Source: Syncephalis fuscata S228 (taxonomy: Eukaryota; Fungi; Zoopagomycota). Taken from it: a stretch of DNA of 64,000 nucleotides. The first letter of the stretch is position 1. Each line of letters opens with the position of its first letter. The stretch is from positions 124,001 through 188,000 of the forward strand of contig JAHLTZ010000028.1 of the NCBI GenBank assembly GCA_025786725.1, read 5' to 3'. The notes under the pieces were generated by a model, which saw only the letters and a list, made by a program, of their open reading frames with translations, searched no databases and was not told the DNA's origin. Shown piece after piece: positions 43,116-56,819 of the stretch. The translations under genes and the position numbers were made by a program.

Positions 43116-44932
43116 ATGTTTTTAGACGTTGATGCGGCATCGCCCGCGATCTCAATAGTGTTATCCCAGTATGCTATACTTCTTTTCTTAATTATCTTTG
43201 TAGGTATCACTTCCTGGAAGTTTTCGCAGCTACGCTATCATAGCATTATTCGATGCCGCTCGCTGCCTCTTACCATGTTTATAACCTTTAGTGGCTTATT
43301 AGCATCTATCTTTATACTCGGAACAGCACCTTTTATTTCGCAAGTTCCATGCTGGTACCTATTCTGGGTAGGCTATTTCGTATTCCCGCTGTATCCTGTT
43401 TCTGTGTGTGCAATGGTAGTGCGCCTTGCCGGCGAATACTACGTTGGACGTGCGGCAATAGCCGTCATGGATCGCCGTCTTCGGAAAAGCACCTATACAA
43501 CTGTACCCATGCCGTCAGACAATCGTGTAGATGCCACTACTTCAGCACCGGTATCGCCAGTATCGCCAGCCTCCAATGAAGCTCTTTTGTTTCCGTTTCG
43601 TCCCAACTCTCAAGCAGCAACCGCCACTGATAACTGGCTACTTAGTCATCGTTATTTGTTTAGTGTACGATACATTTTTTATGGAATTATTGGATACTTA
43701 ATATTTGCGATAATAACTGGAACAATTAGTTACATTTCATTTAATGGCAAAAAAATGTCCAGTATGCCAGAATATAAACGCTGCTCAAATATAAGCTGGT
43801 GTATCTTTTGACTTCCTGCTTTGCCAGCGCCATCGTTTTAATTCTGCTTCCTTGCCTACTTTTCTCGCTTCGAAAAGTGAATGACGCATACGGAATCCGG
43901 CGTAGTCTTGTAATTGTTTCAGCATCACTTGCTTTTGGTATGGTGACCTACTTTATTCTTGAGTATGTAATTCAAGTTAAAAGTCGTGCTGGATTCAACG
44001 TTGCACATATGATTGTTTTGTGTGTTTTATTCAATCATCTGGTATTTATCTGTTGGCCGTTGTACTTGCTAAGAAACACATCAGTACGCAGTCATAAAAG
44101 ACAGCCAGGTGATTTCGGCAAGTTCTTTGGTGATAATAGCGGTATTGAATATGATTATCCGGAAACCAAAATCAGCCTACAATACGACGCGGGACTTATA
44201 TCGCGAGACGTATTTCGGCAGCTGCTCAACGATCCGGACCGTGTTGATAGCGTAAGTTACCTCGCTAATCTGCTGATTTGCTATTTATTAATATTTGTTT
44301 GTTTATTTGTTTGTTTACTTGTCTAGTTTAAAAAATATACTGTACGAGATCTTAGCGTAGAAAATATTTTGTTCTACGAAGCCTGCCAGGCAATTTTGAC
44401 TACAGTATCGTCGCCTCGCGATGGGCCAGCGCATTCAACCGAACACTCTACACTGCAGCGTCGTGTAGCAATGTTGCATAGCACTTTTTTGGAAACCGAC
44501 AGTGACTTGGAAGTTAATCTTACCGAGGCTACGCTTCATCGACTGTCTAGTTATCTTGATTCAAGCGCTTCTTATGGCGATTTTAAAGCATACTGCGCGC
44601 TGATGGATGCGGTTCGAGCAGCACAAGAAGAGATTTTGGAACTAATGTTTTTTGATACATATCCAAGGTATCTTAATTCTGCCAGTAGACATAGTGAGCA
44701 TATAGCTCTAAACAGCTATCATGCTAAACATTCAACAGATACACAAGAGTTTACTCTTGCTGTACAAGCTCTTACCAGTCAGAAAGTCAAACCAGCACTT
44801 TTTATTTACTTGATCGTTATAAATAAATATTCATACAAATCACAAATACAGATTTTTTTAAATACAACACACAACATTGATGAGTATTTTCTGCAATATT
44901 ACCATTATAAATACAACAATACAACAATATAG
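43116..44932 (+). CDS. 7TM-RGS fusion protein, paralog 2 (3' end uncertain)
   Basis: IRCRSLP, VPCW, DAYGIRRSL; RGS motifs FKKYTVRDLSVENILFYEAC, LEVNL, AQEEILELMFFDTYPRYL; intron at the same position as in paralog 1. Confidence 0.85.
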
Positions 44933-45904
44933 CATAAAAAATAAAGTTTGCTTAGAATAATGACAGAAAATCAGTACTGTGTAAACAGTTTCTAATATCC
45001 GTGATGAATAGAGTAAGCTTTAAACAGTAGTATAAGCTTTTTGCAACTATTGAATTCAGACTATAGGACAAGTTTTATAGTAAGTATTAGCCAATTGTAA
45101 AATATGCAAAATACAATAGTACTTTTTAAATGCAAACGTGCATTAATAAAATTGGCATTTATGCAGCGCAAGATTTGCTAATAGACTTTTTGCTTACTCA
45201 TAAGTAATCTATATCGTGTTATTAATATTCTGATGTTTTGGGTAAGGTCCTACAAAAATATGACTAAAAACTAAATTATATAATAAATAACTTGTTGAAG
45301 TTGCATGAATAAATCACAATAATAATATATATCGAATATCAGCATTAATTACTAGTAAAAAAAACAAGCATTACAAATACAACCACTAAGTATTTGTTAG
45401 TTGTAAACATATAGCAGCTATATGGACTGATATGCTGCGTTAATAATGAAATAGTACAAGGCATTTGGGCTTTACTATTAGCTATGTTTGCCATAAAATA
45501 ATGGCTTCATTTAGTTGCAATTTTTAATTAAAAACGTAACAATATATACAATAAGTCATTAATATTAATTGAATAAACACTGCAGCTTGCCTAATACCAG
45601 TGCGATATTTTACAAATAAACTATGTCCATTATTTCTTAATATGTTCTATCTATGCAAATGCAATATGTTAGTTAAAATACACGTAGTCTATATGAAATA
45701 ACCGTCTTTTGTGTTAATGACTCAATAACTATATGTGCAAGAATGGCTAAAGAAAATATATACCAATGATGCTGAATGATCTGTGATCTGATTTTCAACG
45801 TTTTGTCAAGATTTTGAAATGTACACGGATTCTGGCCAATAAACTTGAATTTATTGCTTCTGAGCCCTTTTAAGGATGATTTTGTTGCAACATAGCCAAC
45901 ACGA

Positions 45905-46604
45905 CATGATGTAGTTATTGTAGTACATCATAAGAGCTTGTGCCGCGCTACAACTATCTCATAAACTAGGTCTGCCATATCGTGAAGGATTTATCAAAAT
46001 CGCTATATAGGACGCACATTTATTATGCCTGGACAAACAATGCGTCGCAAAATGTACGCCGTAAATTAAATGCAATGGTTTGGAATTTGCTGGCAAAAAT
46101 GTTTTGCTTGTAGATGACTCGATTGTACGAGGCACAACATCAAGCGAAATTGTTCAAATGGCACGCGATGTTGGAGCAAAGAAAGTGTACTTTGCATCGG
46201 CTGCACCAGCTATTAGGTGAGTAAATACAATACGAATCGATCGATTGATTAACTAGCCGATTAATTGCTGTTGATGTGCTACAGACATGCCAATGTATAC
46301 GGTATTGATATGCCGACTCACATGAGCTTGTTGCCTACAATCGGAATGATGCCAAATCGCTGAAGCCATCGGTGCCGACTATGTTATCTTCCAGGCCTTG
46401 CCAGACCTCATATCGGCCTGTAATAAGTTTAATCCAGCACTGGAGCATTTTGACACATCAGTATTTGATGGAAAGTACGTTACAGGTGACGTATCGACAG
46501 AATATTTGCGTATGCTCGATAGCACACGCAATGACGAAGAGAAGACGAAACGTGATGCCGATGCGCCAGAGACCATTGGACTGCACAATAATTTTGGCAA
46601 ATAA
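45905..46604 (+). pseudogene. ADE4: 5'-truncated amidophosphoribosyltransferase fragment (PRTase domain only)
   Basis: PYREGFIK(N)[37 protein letters not shown]|HANVYGIDMP, SVFDGKYVTGDV; multiple indels; no glutaminase domain recognisable upstream. Confidence 0.8.
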
Positions 46605-47986
46605 GCTGTCGACTTGTTTATTCGTTTAATAAATGGAGTACCCTTGTGAAGTTGATTTATTTGTGTGCTAATGTTTCGTTAAAATAGCTTGATGCAGCTT
46701 GATGTACTTGGCAATAGAGTGGTACAGCTAACTAGATGCTTGAATGAATGAATAAACAGCAATCTCTCTTTTGGTAATTAAAATAATCCAGCTAAGCAAT
46801 GGCTATCAAACACACAATTAGTATTTATTTACAGAAATATAACATTACGTGCTATTAACATATGAAGTGGCTATTCATGTTAATTTCTACTCAGTTGTAT
46901 TGGATACAAAACCTATTAAAAGAGCAAAGGCGATAACCGTTAATCTCATCATGGATTCACGGATTCAAAAGGCTAGGCCTTTTGGATTCAACAGCATTAG
47001 AAGGTAAAAGATAAGGCCAGAATCAGGCTAACATGGCTGCATATCGGTACATTGCTTGGCTAGATTCCATTGAAATTGAAAATGATGTATAATAATATGC
47101 ATCAACCAATGCACTTGCTACTATGTTTATCCATATGTGCCAAATAACCACCACTCTGGTCTTTTCCTTTTTACACAAACATTATATCTTGAGATTTGTA
47201 GTTTTTAAATGCCAATTCTAATAACGCTTCAATATCTATGCTATTCATTATTAAACTTCAAAATGAACTATAGCATTCGTGTAAATGATAGTGTGTAATA
47301 ATTCTTTCACAGTAGTAACAAGTAAAAGGCTAAGGTGGCGTCAATTATATAAAAATAGCTGATCTTAGTTGAGACCTAATGCGTAATAGGCCTGTTGAGC
47401 CATTGTATTATTCTAAAAATACCATATTACTTACGAGAATAAAGGTGTCTGCTAGTCAAAGATACGTTTTATTTTTGTGATACTTTGGCCACAACCGAGA
47501 TACCATGGCACTTATCACTTAAAATAGCAATGCATTAAGTCTAGACCAGATGTTATGCATCTATTATTGTCTAGATTCACGAAAAACGTGTTTTTGTTGG
47601 ACTTTCAATTGTATTCCAACATCCTTAACAATTTGCACAAGTAAATGGACGAATGTGTTTGTCAATTCCATATCCTAAAAAATAATCTGATTGGACAAAT
47701 GATATGAGATGTTTCAGTCATCCTATTCTTATTCTGCTATGTATCTGTTTGAAAAAGAACGCAGGTTTATTTTCATTGATGTTAACGACATCCAAGCCAT
47801 GGTTTCTATAAATAAATTTGTGCCTGATCTATCTAGACAGCTGCAAATTAGTTTAAATAGCGCGATGTTAAAGCGTAAATTGAGATTCAGTATCACAACA
47901 GCTCTATTCTTTGCATTCCACTTACTACACTTCAACATACGCTCTTTACTTGCTTTTCTATAGCGCTATTTTAACACATCAGCATC

Positions 47987-48235
47987 ATGATGAAGATTTC
48001 CATTGCTACCGTCTTTACTCTTGCCGTGGTCTTTGTGGCTGGCACAGCTATGGTGGAGGCCGATCATAATAAAGACATTTTCGGAAGCAACAGCTGCATT
48101 AAATACACTGAAAATGGTGCCCTGCCCTGCCCCGATTACCAGCCTTCAAAAGATAAAAAATGCAGATTCATACGTGGCAAACGCAACGCTCCATATCCTA
48201 TCTGCTGCTCCACGTTTATTTGTGAAGAAGATTGA
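47987..48235 (+). CDS. Small secreted cysteine-rich peptide (6 Cys, YPxCCxxxxC; SVWC-like)
   Basis: Clear signal peptide ending VEA, 57-aa mature peptide with an even Cys count, intact ORF, downstream AATAAA. Confidence 0.8.
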   Translation: MMKISIATVFTLAVVFVAGTAMVEADHNKDIFGSNSCIKYTENGALPCPDYQPSKDKKCRFIRGKRNAPYPICCSTFICEED

Positions 48236-49241
48236 ATTAAATAACTAAACATGGCATCCTTGACTGTCCTGCCTCCCAGTCTGTGGATGGTAGAAGATCC
48301 AGAGAGTACCTAGTATAAAGGGTATTAACAAACCAAACTAAGGCTGCCGTTCAAGTTATACACAATTCGAATAAATAAGCAATATAAAACAAATGTATTG
48401 AGTGCTATGTTCTTTGATTTACTTATATACAAAGCTTCAGTTTATTCTTAGATCTATTTCACTGACTAATATATAGCATTATTACGTAAATAATTGGACT
48501 GGGTCTGATTTTGCCCACTAATTAACTAATTGTATAGTAAATAAATACACTGTATTTATCATTAACAGTTAAAATATTGCAGCTATTATAGATGTTTACA
48601 GTTAGCTATAAATACAGCATGCTAGATTGCAAACTATAGCAAACATCAAGGCTACACTTATACAATAGTGTTGGATATCAGAGTGCAAATGTTAAAATAT
48701 AACTGTTATTAACAACGAGTTGTTTATTTTGAATACCAAATGATAGCTTTTAAAGATAGTTTAGTATTTAAGGCTGTGTTGATATACTGCCATTGCTTAC
48801 AGACTGACGAAATATACATGCAGTTTAGTACAATTGCCAATTTTATTCCCAGTCTTTTTCTAGCATAAATTGCACATTTTGATAACAGTAATATGCGCGC
48901 TAGGAACAAATTATAATAGCTAATAAAAGAACAAAATCAAATTGAATATAGTATTATTCCTATTTACAGCTTATTTATTTAGTTCAACCAATGTTTTGGT
49001 TACCATATATTTATTAGCTTCTGCCAGCGTATATAATACTTTTGGTTTGTTCGGCGACTTTTTAGTTAGTTACTACATGCAAAAATGTATCAATTAAACA
49101 AATCAATTACAGATATGTTTACTAAATTGTAACGTTTATTGCAGTTATTTAATCTTTGATAACATTATACATTAATACCATATGTTTATTATATTTCATT
49201 TTTATAAAATTTGAACATAGCACAAATATCAAAAGAATAGA

Positions 49242-50688
49242 TTACGACCGTAACTCTTCTTCATCGTCACCGTCATCGTCGTCTTCTTCCTCGTCATCAT
49301 CGTGGTGCTGTACTTGTCGGTGAACATAGGCCGACACATGATCGTCTGCAGAATGATGTACTGAAATCGCACCTGTTGTTAGTGCAACAACATCCGCCTC
49401 TTTAAGATCTATAGAGCCATGCATCATATCGTCGTTAACACCATTAAATGATGCTGAATTGGAAAGCGAGGCCAGCTTTCCTGTCGATGCCGCCTCTAAC
49501 CGCTCACGACGTCGACGCATTCCGTTGACAACACGCTCACGACGTCGTCGACCTTCAGGGCTTTGTATGTGGCGTTCACGCAGTGCTTCAGTTACTTTGT
49601 GCAACGACCCGTACTCTTCTAGCTCATCGATAGCTGCATCGATACCGACATCCTCGGCACGACGCTGAATTTCTTTAACAATGCGCATTCGACGCTGATA
49701 CGATTGGTAATGATCCCGTCGCCATACTGGACCATGCTCCTCGTCCAGCGATTGAATAGAGCGTCGTCCATCAATGCCTTCCGTGTACTCTTTCCATAGT
49801 CGACGTACAGTACGTAGTTCGTAAAATGAAAGCATTTGCGAAGTAGATGCCATTCGTTTTCTAGAGTTCTCGATACGTCGTAGCATGGGCAACGATGTAC
49901 CAGCTATTTCCATTGGCATACGATTTAAACGGGCCGCCAATGAACGCGGTATACAGTCGCTGCGTTCATCACCAAATGCATCGATTGCTGAACGTTTTTC
50001 CGATAATAATTCGCTGATATCCGGAGTATCGCCCAATAGGCCAGAATGATCGGGTGGACTGCGACCATAGGCGGTCAAGCCATTTGGTCCTGCCTTTCCA
50101 TGTTTACGAAAATAAAAGTGTGGTTCATGTCGTGAAGCTATTGCAAGTTGGAATTCATCTTCATCAAAAACATCCACAGGTATATTCTGATGAAAATAGA
50201 ACATTTTATCAAATTGCTGTTCTGCCTGTAAACAATGATAAATAAAAATAAACGTAAAACTGCCTTACAACCTACTTTATGCTCAACAAGTGCCTTAAAT
50301 GCTGCCATTGTAATGTCTGACGATACTAATGCTCGGCGCACAATATCATCATAGTCGTACCGCACTACCATTTTGCTTCCAAGCTCACGCTCGATAAGCA
50401 TAAATGGCGTGTCCAGTAACGACGAATCTAGTTGGTCGTCGTAGCTTTTCCATTTTTTTTCGACAATGCTGCATGTTGTGCCGCTTCATGGCTAGAATCC
50501 TCGTCGCTATCGAGATGTTCACCCTCGTCAGTTTCGTTATTGCTTGATCGTACCGAACGGCCGACCGATTGTATCAAATCCATAGCATTGACTGGATTTG
50601 GATTGGTGCCATTAGCTACGGCGGCTGAGTGCAAGCCAGCCATAATCGAATCCACAACCATATCTACACCACCGGATACTGAGGTCAT
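49242..50688 (-). CDS. Transcription-factor-like protein with GCR1_C domain and upstream PB1-like domain
   Basis: LRTVRRLWKEYTEGIDGRRSIQSLDEEHGPVWRR...YQRRMRIVKEI matches the Gcr1/Hot1/Msn1 C-terminal domain; one intron; an A-run deletion near 50455. Confidence 0.82.
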
Positions 50689-51301
50689 TTTTTTATTTGC
50701 AAGAATGAATACTGTTTGGCAGTATTGTTGCGTTACTAGACGCCGTGTATGCAAAGTAGTATTTACCTATGACACAATGGTATGTTTATAAATACCGACG
50801 TAATAAGCAAATGAAGTAGTGATAATGATTTAGCGGTCGTTAATCATAGTCCGGGTAGGTGGTCGGCGCGTGTACGTTGGTCGTAGTTGATTTAGGAGTG
50901 ACCGGTAGTAACAAGCACAACAGTCGTCAAAATGCAGTGTTATTGGCTAGTGGACTTACTACAGGATTCAGTCAGAATGTAGTCCTACAAGAAAGTATGT
51001 TAACAACGTTGGCGAGTAGAAGAAAAAAAGCGCAGAAACGAGACAAAAAGTTGACCGGATTCCCATCGGTGTTTAGTAGATGAATGCCAGGTCAAATCCG
51101 TGTCAGATTCATACGGCCAAATACAAGAAGAGCCAATGGCAATTGTCCACGCCGATGCTTCATTTACGAAAGGTCCGACTTATTGTACAAGTTGGTCTAT
51201 TCGTCCTGACACTCTTCCCACCTCTACCTCCTTATCATCTATCTACCTACTTTCTCATTGCTATTCTATCTCATCCGTCAACTTCCTGTTTCGTTATTGC
51301 A

Positions 51302-51937
51302 ATGGCACAGCGTCGCTCATTGTCTGCCGCGCTTTTAGCGCTATTTCTATTCGTCTCCATGGTGTTCGTTGGCGTGCCAACAGTCCAGGGCGATTCGGTT
51401 AAGGTCACTGATAAAGTGTTTTTCGACATCAAGCAAGGCGATGAAAATCTAGGCCGTATTGTTATCGGTTTATTCGGCGGAGTCGTGCCAAAGACCGTCA
51501 AGAACTTTCGCGATTTGGCAGAAAAGTCAAAGCCCGAGGGCTATAAAGGCTCCCTATTCCACCGCATCATCAAAGACTTTATGCTTCAGGGCGGCGACTT
51601 TACCAATAGTGACGGCACTGGCGGTAAATCCATCTATGGCGACAAATTCGCTGATGAAAACTTTGATTTGTCTCACACCGGACCTGGCATCGTATCGATG
51701 GCCAATGCCGGTCGCGACACCAATGGCTCTCAGTTTTTCATTTGCACTGTTAAGACTAGCTGGTTGGATGGCAAGCATGTTGTATTCGGCAAGGTGCTCG
51801 AAGGCATGGACGTTGTGAAGAAGATGGAAGAAACTGCAACCAGCTATTCCGACCGTCCCAAGGTTGACATTGTGATTGAAGACTCGGGCGTGCTACCTCA
51901 AGAAGAGTCAAAGGAGCCAGAGCACGTTGAATTGTGA
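51302..51937 (+). CDS. CPR5: Cyclophilin B, ER-type peptidyl-prolyl isomerase
   Basis: Signal peptide, [51 protein letters not shown]-terminal HVEL retention-like signal. Confidence 0.96.
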   Translation: MAQRRSLSAALLALFLFVSMVFVGVPTVQGDSVKVTDKVFFDIKQGDENLGRIVIGLFGGVVPKTVKNFRDLAEKSKPEGYKGSLFHRIIKDFMLQGGDFTNSDGTGGKSIYGDKFADENFDLSHTGPGIVSMANAGRDTNGSQFFICTVKTSWLDGKHVVFGKVLEGMDVVKKMEETATSYSDRPKVDIVIEDSGVLPQEESKEPEHVEL

Positions 51938-54513
51938 GTAGATTTCAAAATTGTTTATTTAATGCTGCACTTAATAATAGGCAAGTTACCATACCAGCCT
52001 AAGATTAATAAAGTAGCATTTTATGAAAATGCCAACATGGCCCTGTGTATTTACGCGCACTTACTTTTACTACTTTATTTATTGTTCACATTTATAGCCC
52101 ACCAAAGCCCGCCGTAGCTAAGCTCTAAACCTTAATTGCGCAGGCCGTGATTATCATCAGTTCTTGGTTAAATACCGCAGACATTCTATAAGTCTGTCCA
52201 TAATAAATGGCTTTACTGATTTGCATTTTAACAATATCGTTTATTTGCATATTATCATACTCTTATTTATAATATTAATAATAGCCATATGCTATTTTAA
52301 AAACAAAATATATAAATGTATTCAACAGTACTAACATCTTATATTAGATGTATACACTAGAATGACTTTAATAACAACAGAGTGATGATAGAAAAATACA
52401 GTATATTTTATAAAAAGTAGAATGCAAGTATTTATATTATATTATATTATTAAAATGGTAATAAACATATGTTTAATAGCAATTGTGTTTGTAAACAAAC
52501 GGTTAAACTTAATAAAATGCACAAGTACTCGTAAGCTTGCTCAAAAAGTAGAAAAGAGTGAAGAGGAATAGTAGAAATAAACGACAGAAAGGTAATAGTG
52601 TATGTATACATACAATATTAGCAACATCAATTGCATTACACGGATGGCTGTTGAATAAGTTTACAGCATCAGTACAGTATTGCGACTTGCTACTATTGGA
52701 ATTGCACAGTCATTACCAATAGCTAGTTCAACTAATTAAGCAAGTGTCAACCAAAAGTGGATCGCACAATGCATCGGCTTTTCAACAAGCCAGTCAAGTA
52801 TATGGAATTGTTTTATAAACAAAAAACAAAACAAAAGTAAAAGGCATGTAGTAATTTCAATAATAATTCCAATAATAAATACCAGCAATTGTTGTAATAA
52901 TTAACACTACTAAATATAATAAAGTATATTGATTATATCGCAGTTAATTACAGATGTATTATAACAAGTTGCAAAGTTAGCTGTCGGTATCAGAATTTAA
53001 AATTATGTATAAAAAGATAGTATCTGGTTGTTTATAAGTAGATAATGGTATATGTAAAGTTAGTAATTTTATTTGCAGTTTGTCACATTCTTTTATCTAA
53101 CTCAAAGATCTCACTTTCTAGAGCAACTACTTCATTTTCTCGGTTTTGTTTACATCATGTCAGCGCAAATAACACTAAACTGGCAAAAAGCTAGTTGTTG
53201 AAATAGTGGATTGTATATCATTGTCTAGTGGAGCAAATACTACGCTTGCTTTGACACGCACTTGCAAAACATTGTATATATTTATCATAGGCTGCAATAG
53301 TCTATGGGCAAGTTATACCAACATAATTTTCCTCGTGATATCAACACCGTATTGGCTGGATTATAGCGACAATACATACTATATTATTGATGCCATAGCG
53401 GGTAGCGTTGAGTACTCATTTATTTTCAATACCAAATGTACAACATTGTATATTTGCATTTAGTCACATGCTATTGATGAATAAGGACACAACATTTATT
53501 GCAAATTTTATACCAAAATTACTGAATAATCTCGGTAGGTTATAGTTACAATAGTAATAATGCATTTAATCATTATTGCTATACTTAGACTATGCAGATA
53601 ATGGGAAGATTTATAATATAATGGATGTAGCAAAATAAATAAATAAATATCATTTTACACTAATGATAAATATAATAATAGAATATATCGGTTTTTAAAA
53701 CACCATCGATACAAATTAATGGCTTAAAATGCCAAAAAAACAGACAAATGGCCATTTTTATTATTAAATGTCAAAATTGATTTGCTTACTAATGGCACAT
53801 GATAGCAATGTTGTATTGAAAGCGAAACAATGACTCGCAAATTCAATAGAGACATATTTAAAAAACTGTATTGAACTCAAACTCTAATGCACTTTAAGGT
53901 GCTTAGCTATGCCGTTATCATCGAATAAATAGCCATCGTCAGATACACGTGGTCTACGTGCAATATGGGGAAAGGTTTCAAATTTCTATAAGAACATCTT
54001 GAGCAAAATAATTATGCCGCAATCCCATCTGTTGTTACACACTAGTTTTAGTATACCCCGCATTGCCTAAGGACTTTGGCATTAAGAATATTACCATAAT
54101 GGATTATGGCAATATAAGTTACTAAGCATAAAACATTGTAAGGCGTATACGGGTTGCGGCGTTTCACGAATGGTCGGCACTTACCAATTGCTATCAAAAG
54201 ACAAGCACGTGTTACAGAAAACTGAGGCTGCTCTCTGTATACAAGAAACTGACTGCTAAAATCAAAGCCACAGAGGTCTTTCATTGAAGAAACGGTTTGA
54301 TATGCCGGACATTTGAGAGATTATAGCGAGTACGAGCGAGAACTTAATTTGATTTAAAAACAGCGCCAGTTGATTGCAATCGACATGTTTTACATTGCCA
54401 TCGCTACTCACTACTCATCACACAAGATACGCAAACATCTAACAGCAGCCGGTCTGCTTTTCTACGAATTTTTAACTGAATAACAGGCTTTTTTACAAAG
54501 TTACTTTAACGAC

Positions 54514-55565
54514 ATGCTTTCCTTAACCAAGATTATCGGTGTTGTTGCGCTTACTCTTGGCGTAAGCCATTATGTAACTGCACACATGCAAATGTATTCT
54601 CCTATCCCTCGTGGCGATATACGCAACAAAGAATATAAGGTTCCATCACATAAAATTGATGCTCCATTGAATGGCCGCAAGAATCCAGGCAAATACCCGT
54701 GCCGCTATCAAGAGAAAGGTCCAATTACTGGCCAATATACTGCTGGCAAGAATTTCACCGTTGAATTTATGCAAGGCAGTCCACACATGGGTGGTCATTG
54801 TCAGTTTGGCGTGTCCTACGACAACGGCCAGACATGGGTGGTGCTAAGAACTATTACTACAATGTGCTTTGAAGGCAAGGCACCTTATCAATATACAGTT
54901 CCATTGCCTAAAGGAGCACGCAATGGCAGAGCTTTATTGGGCTGGGCATATCTCAATGCAGGTGGCAACGCTGAATTTTATATGAACTGTGCTGATATTG
55001 AGATTTCTGGCGGCAAGGTTGACGGCAGTCTTACTGGGCCGGACTATTTGTGGCACGTATGGAAGGTACCCCTCAACTACAAAAATGGGCAAACCGGGAT
55101 GCTACAAAGCTTGATGGTCGAAAGTATTTCGTTGACCGTAAGATTGTCACCATTCCTGCCAACGCTCAGTCATCGCCTGACGGCACTGTCGTTGGCCAAT
55201 CAGGTGGCGGTAAAGTAGGAATAGAACAGCCGCCAGCCATTATTCCATGGAAGAACTTTATTGCCAGTAAATATATTTCATATGCAAATGGGCCAGAACT
55301 GATCGAAGGTCTTGGTGAATTTGGTGACTTTAAGACGTTCTACATCTCAACTTCCGATAATCCAAGAGGATCAGGTATTACCAAGCCTAAAAGCGTATAC
55401 GGTGATGAGAATAAGCCTTCTGGTAGTGGAGATAAGCCTTCTGGTAACGAGAAGAAGCCTGTTTATGGTGAAAAAAAGCCTTCTAGTAATGAAAAAAAGC
55501 CTTCTGGTAATGAAAAAAATAAGAAGGCTCCAAGTTATGAAGAGGCCATAGAGGAAATGTATTAG
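54514..55565 (+). CDS. AA11-like lytic polysaccharide monooxygenase, paralog 1
   Basis: Signal peptide then His1 (HMQMYSPIPRG), YPC, HMGGHCQF, SYDNG, EFYMNCADI; 1-bp deletion near 55045 restores colinearity with paralog 2. Confidence 0.85.
55406..55520 (+). repeat. Coding 21-bp minisatellite (about 5 x EKKPSGN-like)
   Basis: ENKPSGS GDKPSGN EKKPVYG EKKPSSN EKKPSGN. Confidence 0.8.
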
Positions 55566-56819
55566 CATTAACGAGAGACTGCTCAATAATGAATTGAACA
55601 ATAAATACTCCTCATTATCTAGTTAAATTGAACATCATGTACTAATAGTTATTTTTATAGTATTCCAACATTTTAGCATTCAGTAATTAAATATTCTGTT
55701 GCAAGTTTTTAATTAATTAGTAATTTTTATTCAAAAAAACTGTTTATTAGTTTGCCTGTACATAAAAGTAACTTAAATAATATTATCTCAATTGATGTTG
55801 AAAATAATAAACTGCAATAGTCATGCTCAATTATGTATTTCTACTTAATCTAAATTGCTGTTTTATATAAATAAAATGTATCTCAAAAAACTTTGTTGTA
55901 ATAAAACAGTGTATTATTTTATTGATAATAACACGCTGCAATAAACAATTTATAAATGAGCAGAATATAGCAGCATGATAAAATTTGACTAAATAACAGT
56001 GAAATGGCACTAACAAAAATACCAATTTTTATCAAAAGATAGACAACCATGTGTGTAGTTATTATTAAGCGTATGTTACCCATGTATTCAGAAATGGAAA
56101 TCATATACCTTTTAAGGACCAATGGCCAATTGAGCTTTTAATTCAGCTTACAACAATAGAAAAAGTCTAATAAAATGCTTAATTAGTAAATACATAACGC
56201 TATTACTAAATATGGTAGTAAAGATTTCCAGATTTTCCCACTATTACAATTATATGGACATTTATATCTATATTCCCAATGGCATTTCTCCGTCTATCTA
56301 AAGCCATCCATGTAACAGATTAGCTTTTTTTAACAAACAACGATAGTAGTCTTTTTTCTACTTTTACACGTATATAGATTTATATTATTACATTTCATTG
56401 CTTAAACATGATCATTTATTGCACTTGACATATCTGTGATTTAAAATGTCTGTTTTTTACTATTGTACAATGACATATTTAGTATATTTATTTAATTATT
56501 ACTAATGCACGGAATGAAAGCTAGCAATCTGCCATCACAATAAACGAACGAGAAAGGAAGTAAACTTTTCAAATTAAAAGTCAGTTCCGACTAAAAAACC
56601 CCTTATTTCCTTTTTTGCCCTTTAATAATTTCCAAACTATTCGTCGACCATTTATAAGAGTGCAGTCCATGTACATGCCGCTGTATATACATTATCTCTC
56701 TGCTATTATCTTGCTCTTGGTCATAAAAAACTTACTTTGATTATACAGCTGGTCTGTATTCTATTTTACTTTTTATTCATTCCATTATCACTGGGTGATA
56801 TATCTCCTTACTTTTCATC

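Noticed and set aside
51080-51301. N-terminal extension of the cyclophilin ORF
   Set aside because: The signal peptide begins at the ATG at 51302; the upstream in-frame sequence looks like pyrimidine-rich 5' UTR.
52000-54500. Short ORFs in the AT-rich gap (53206-53463, 54048-54284), also 992-1174 and 57994-58335
   Set aside because: Compositionally biased, mostly with non-ATG starts and no motifs; likely non-coding.
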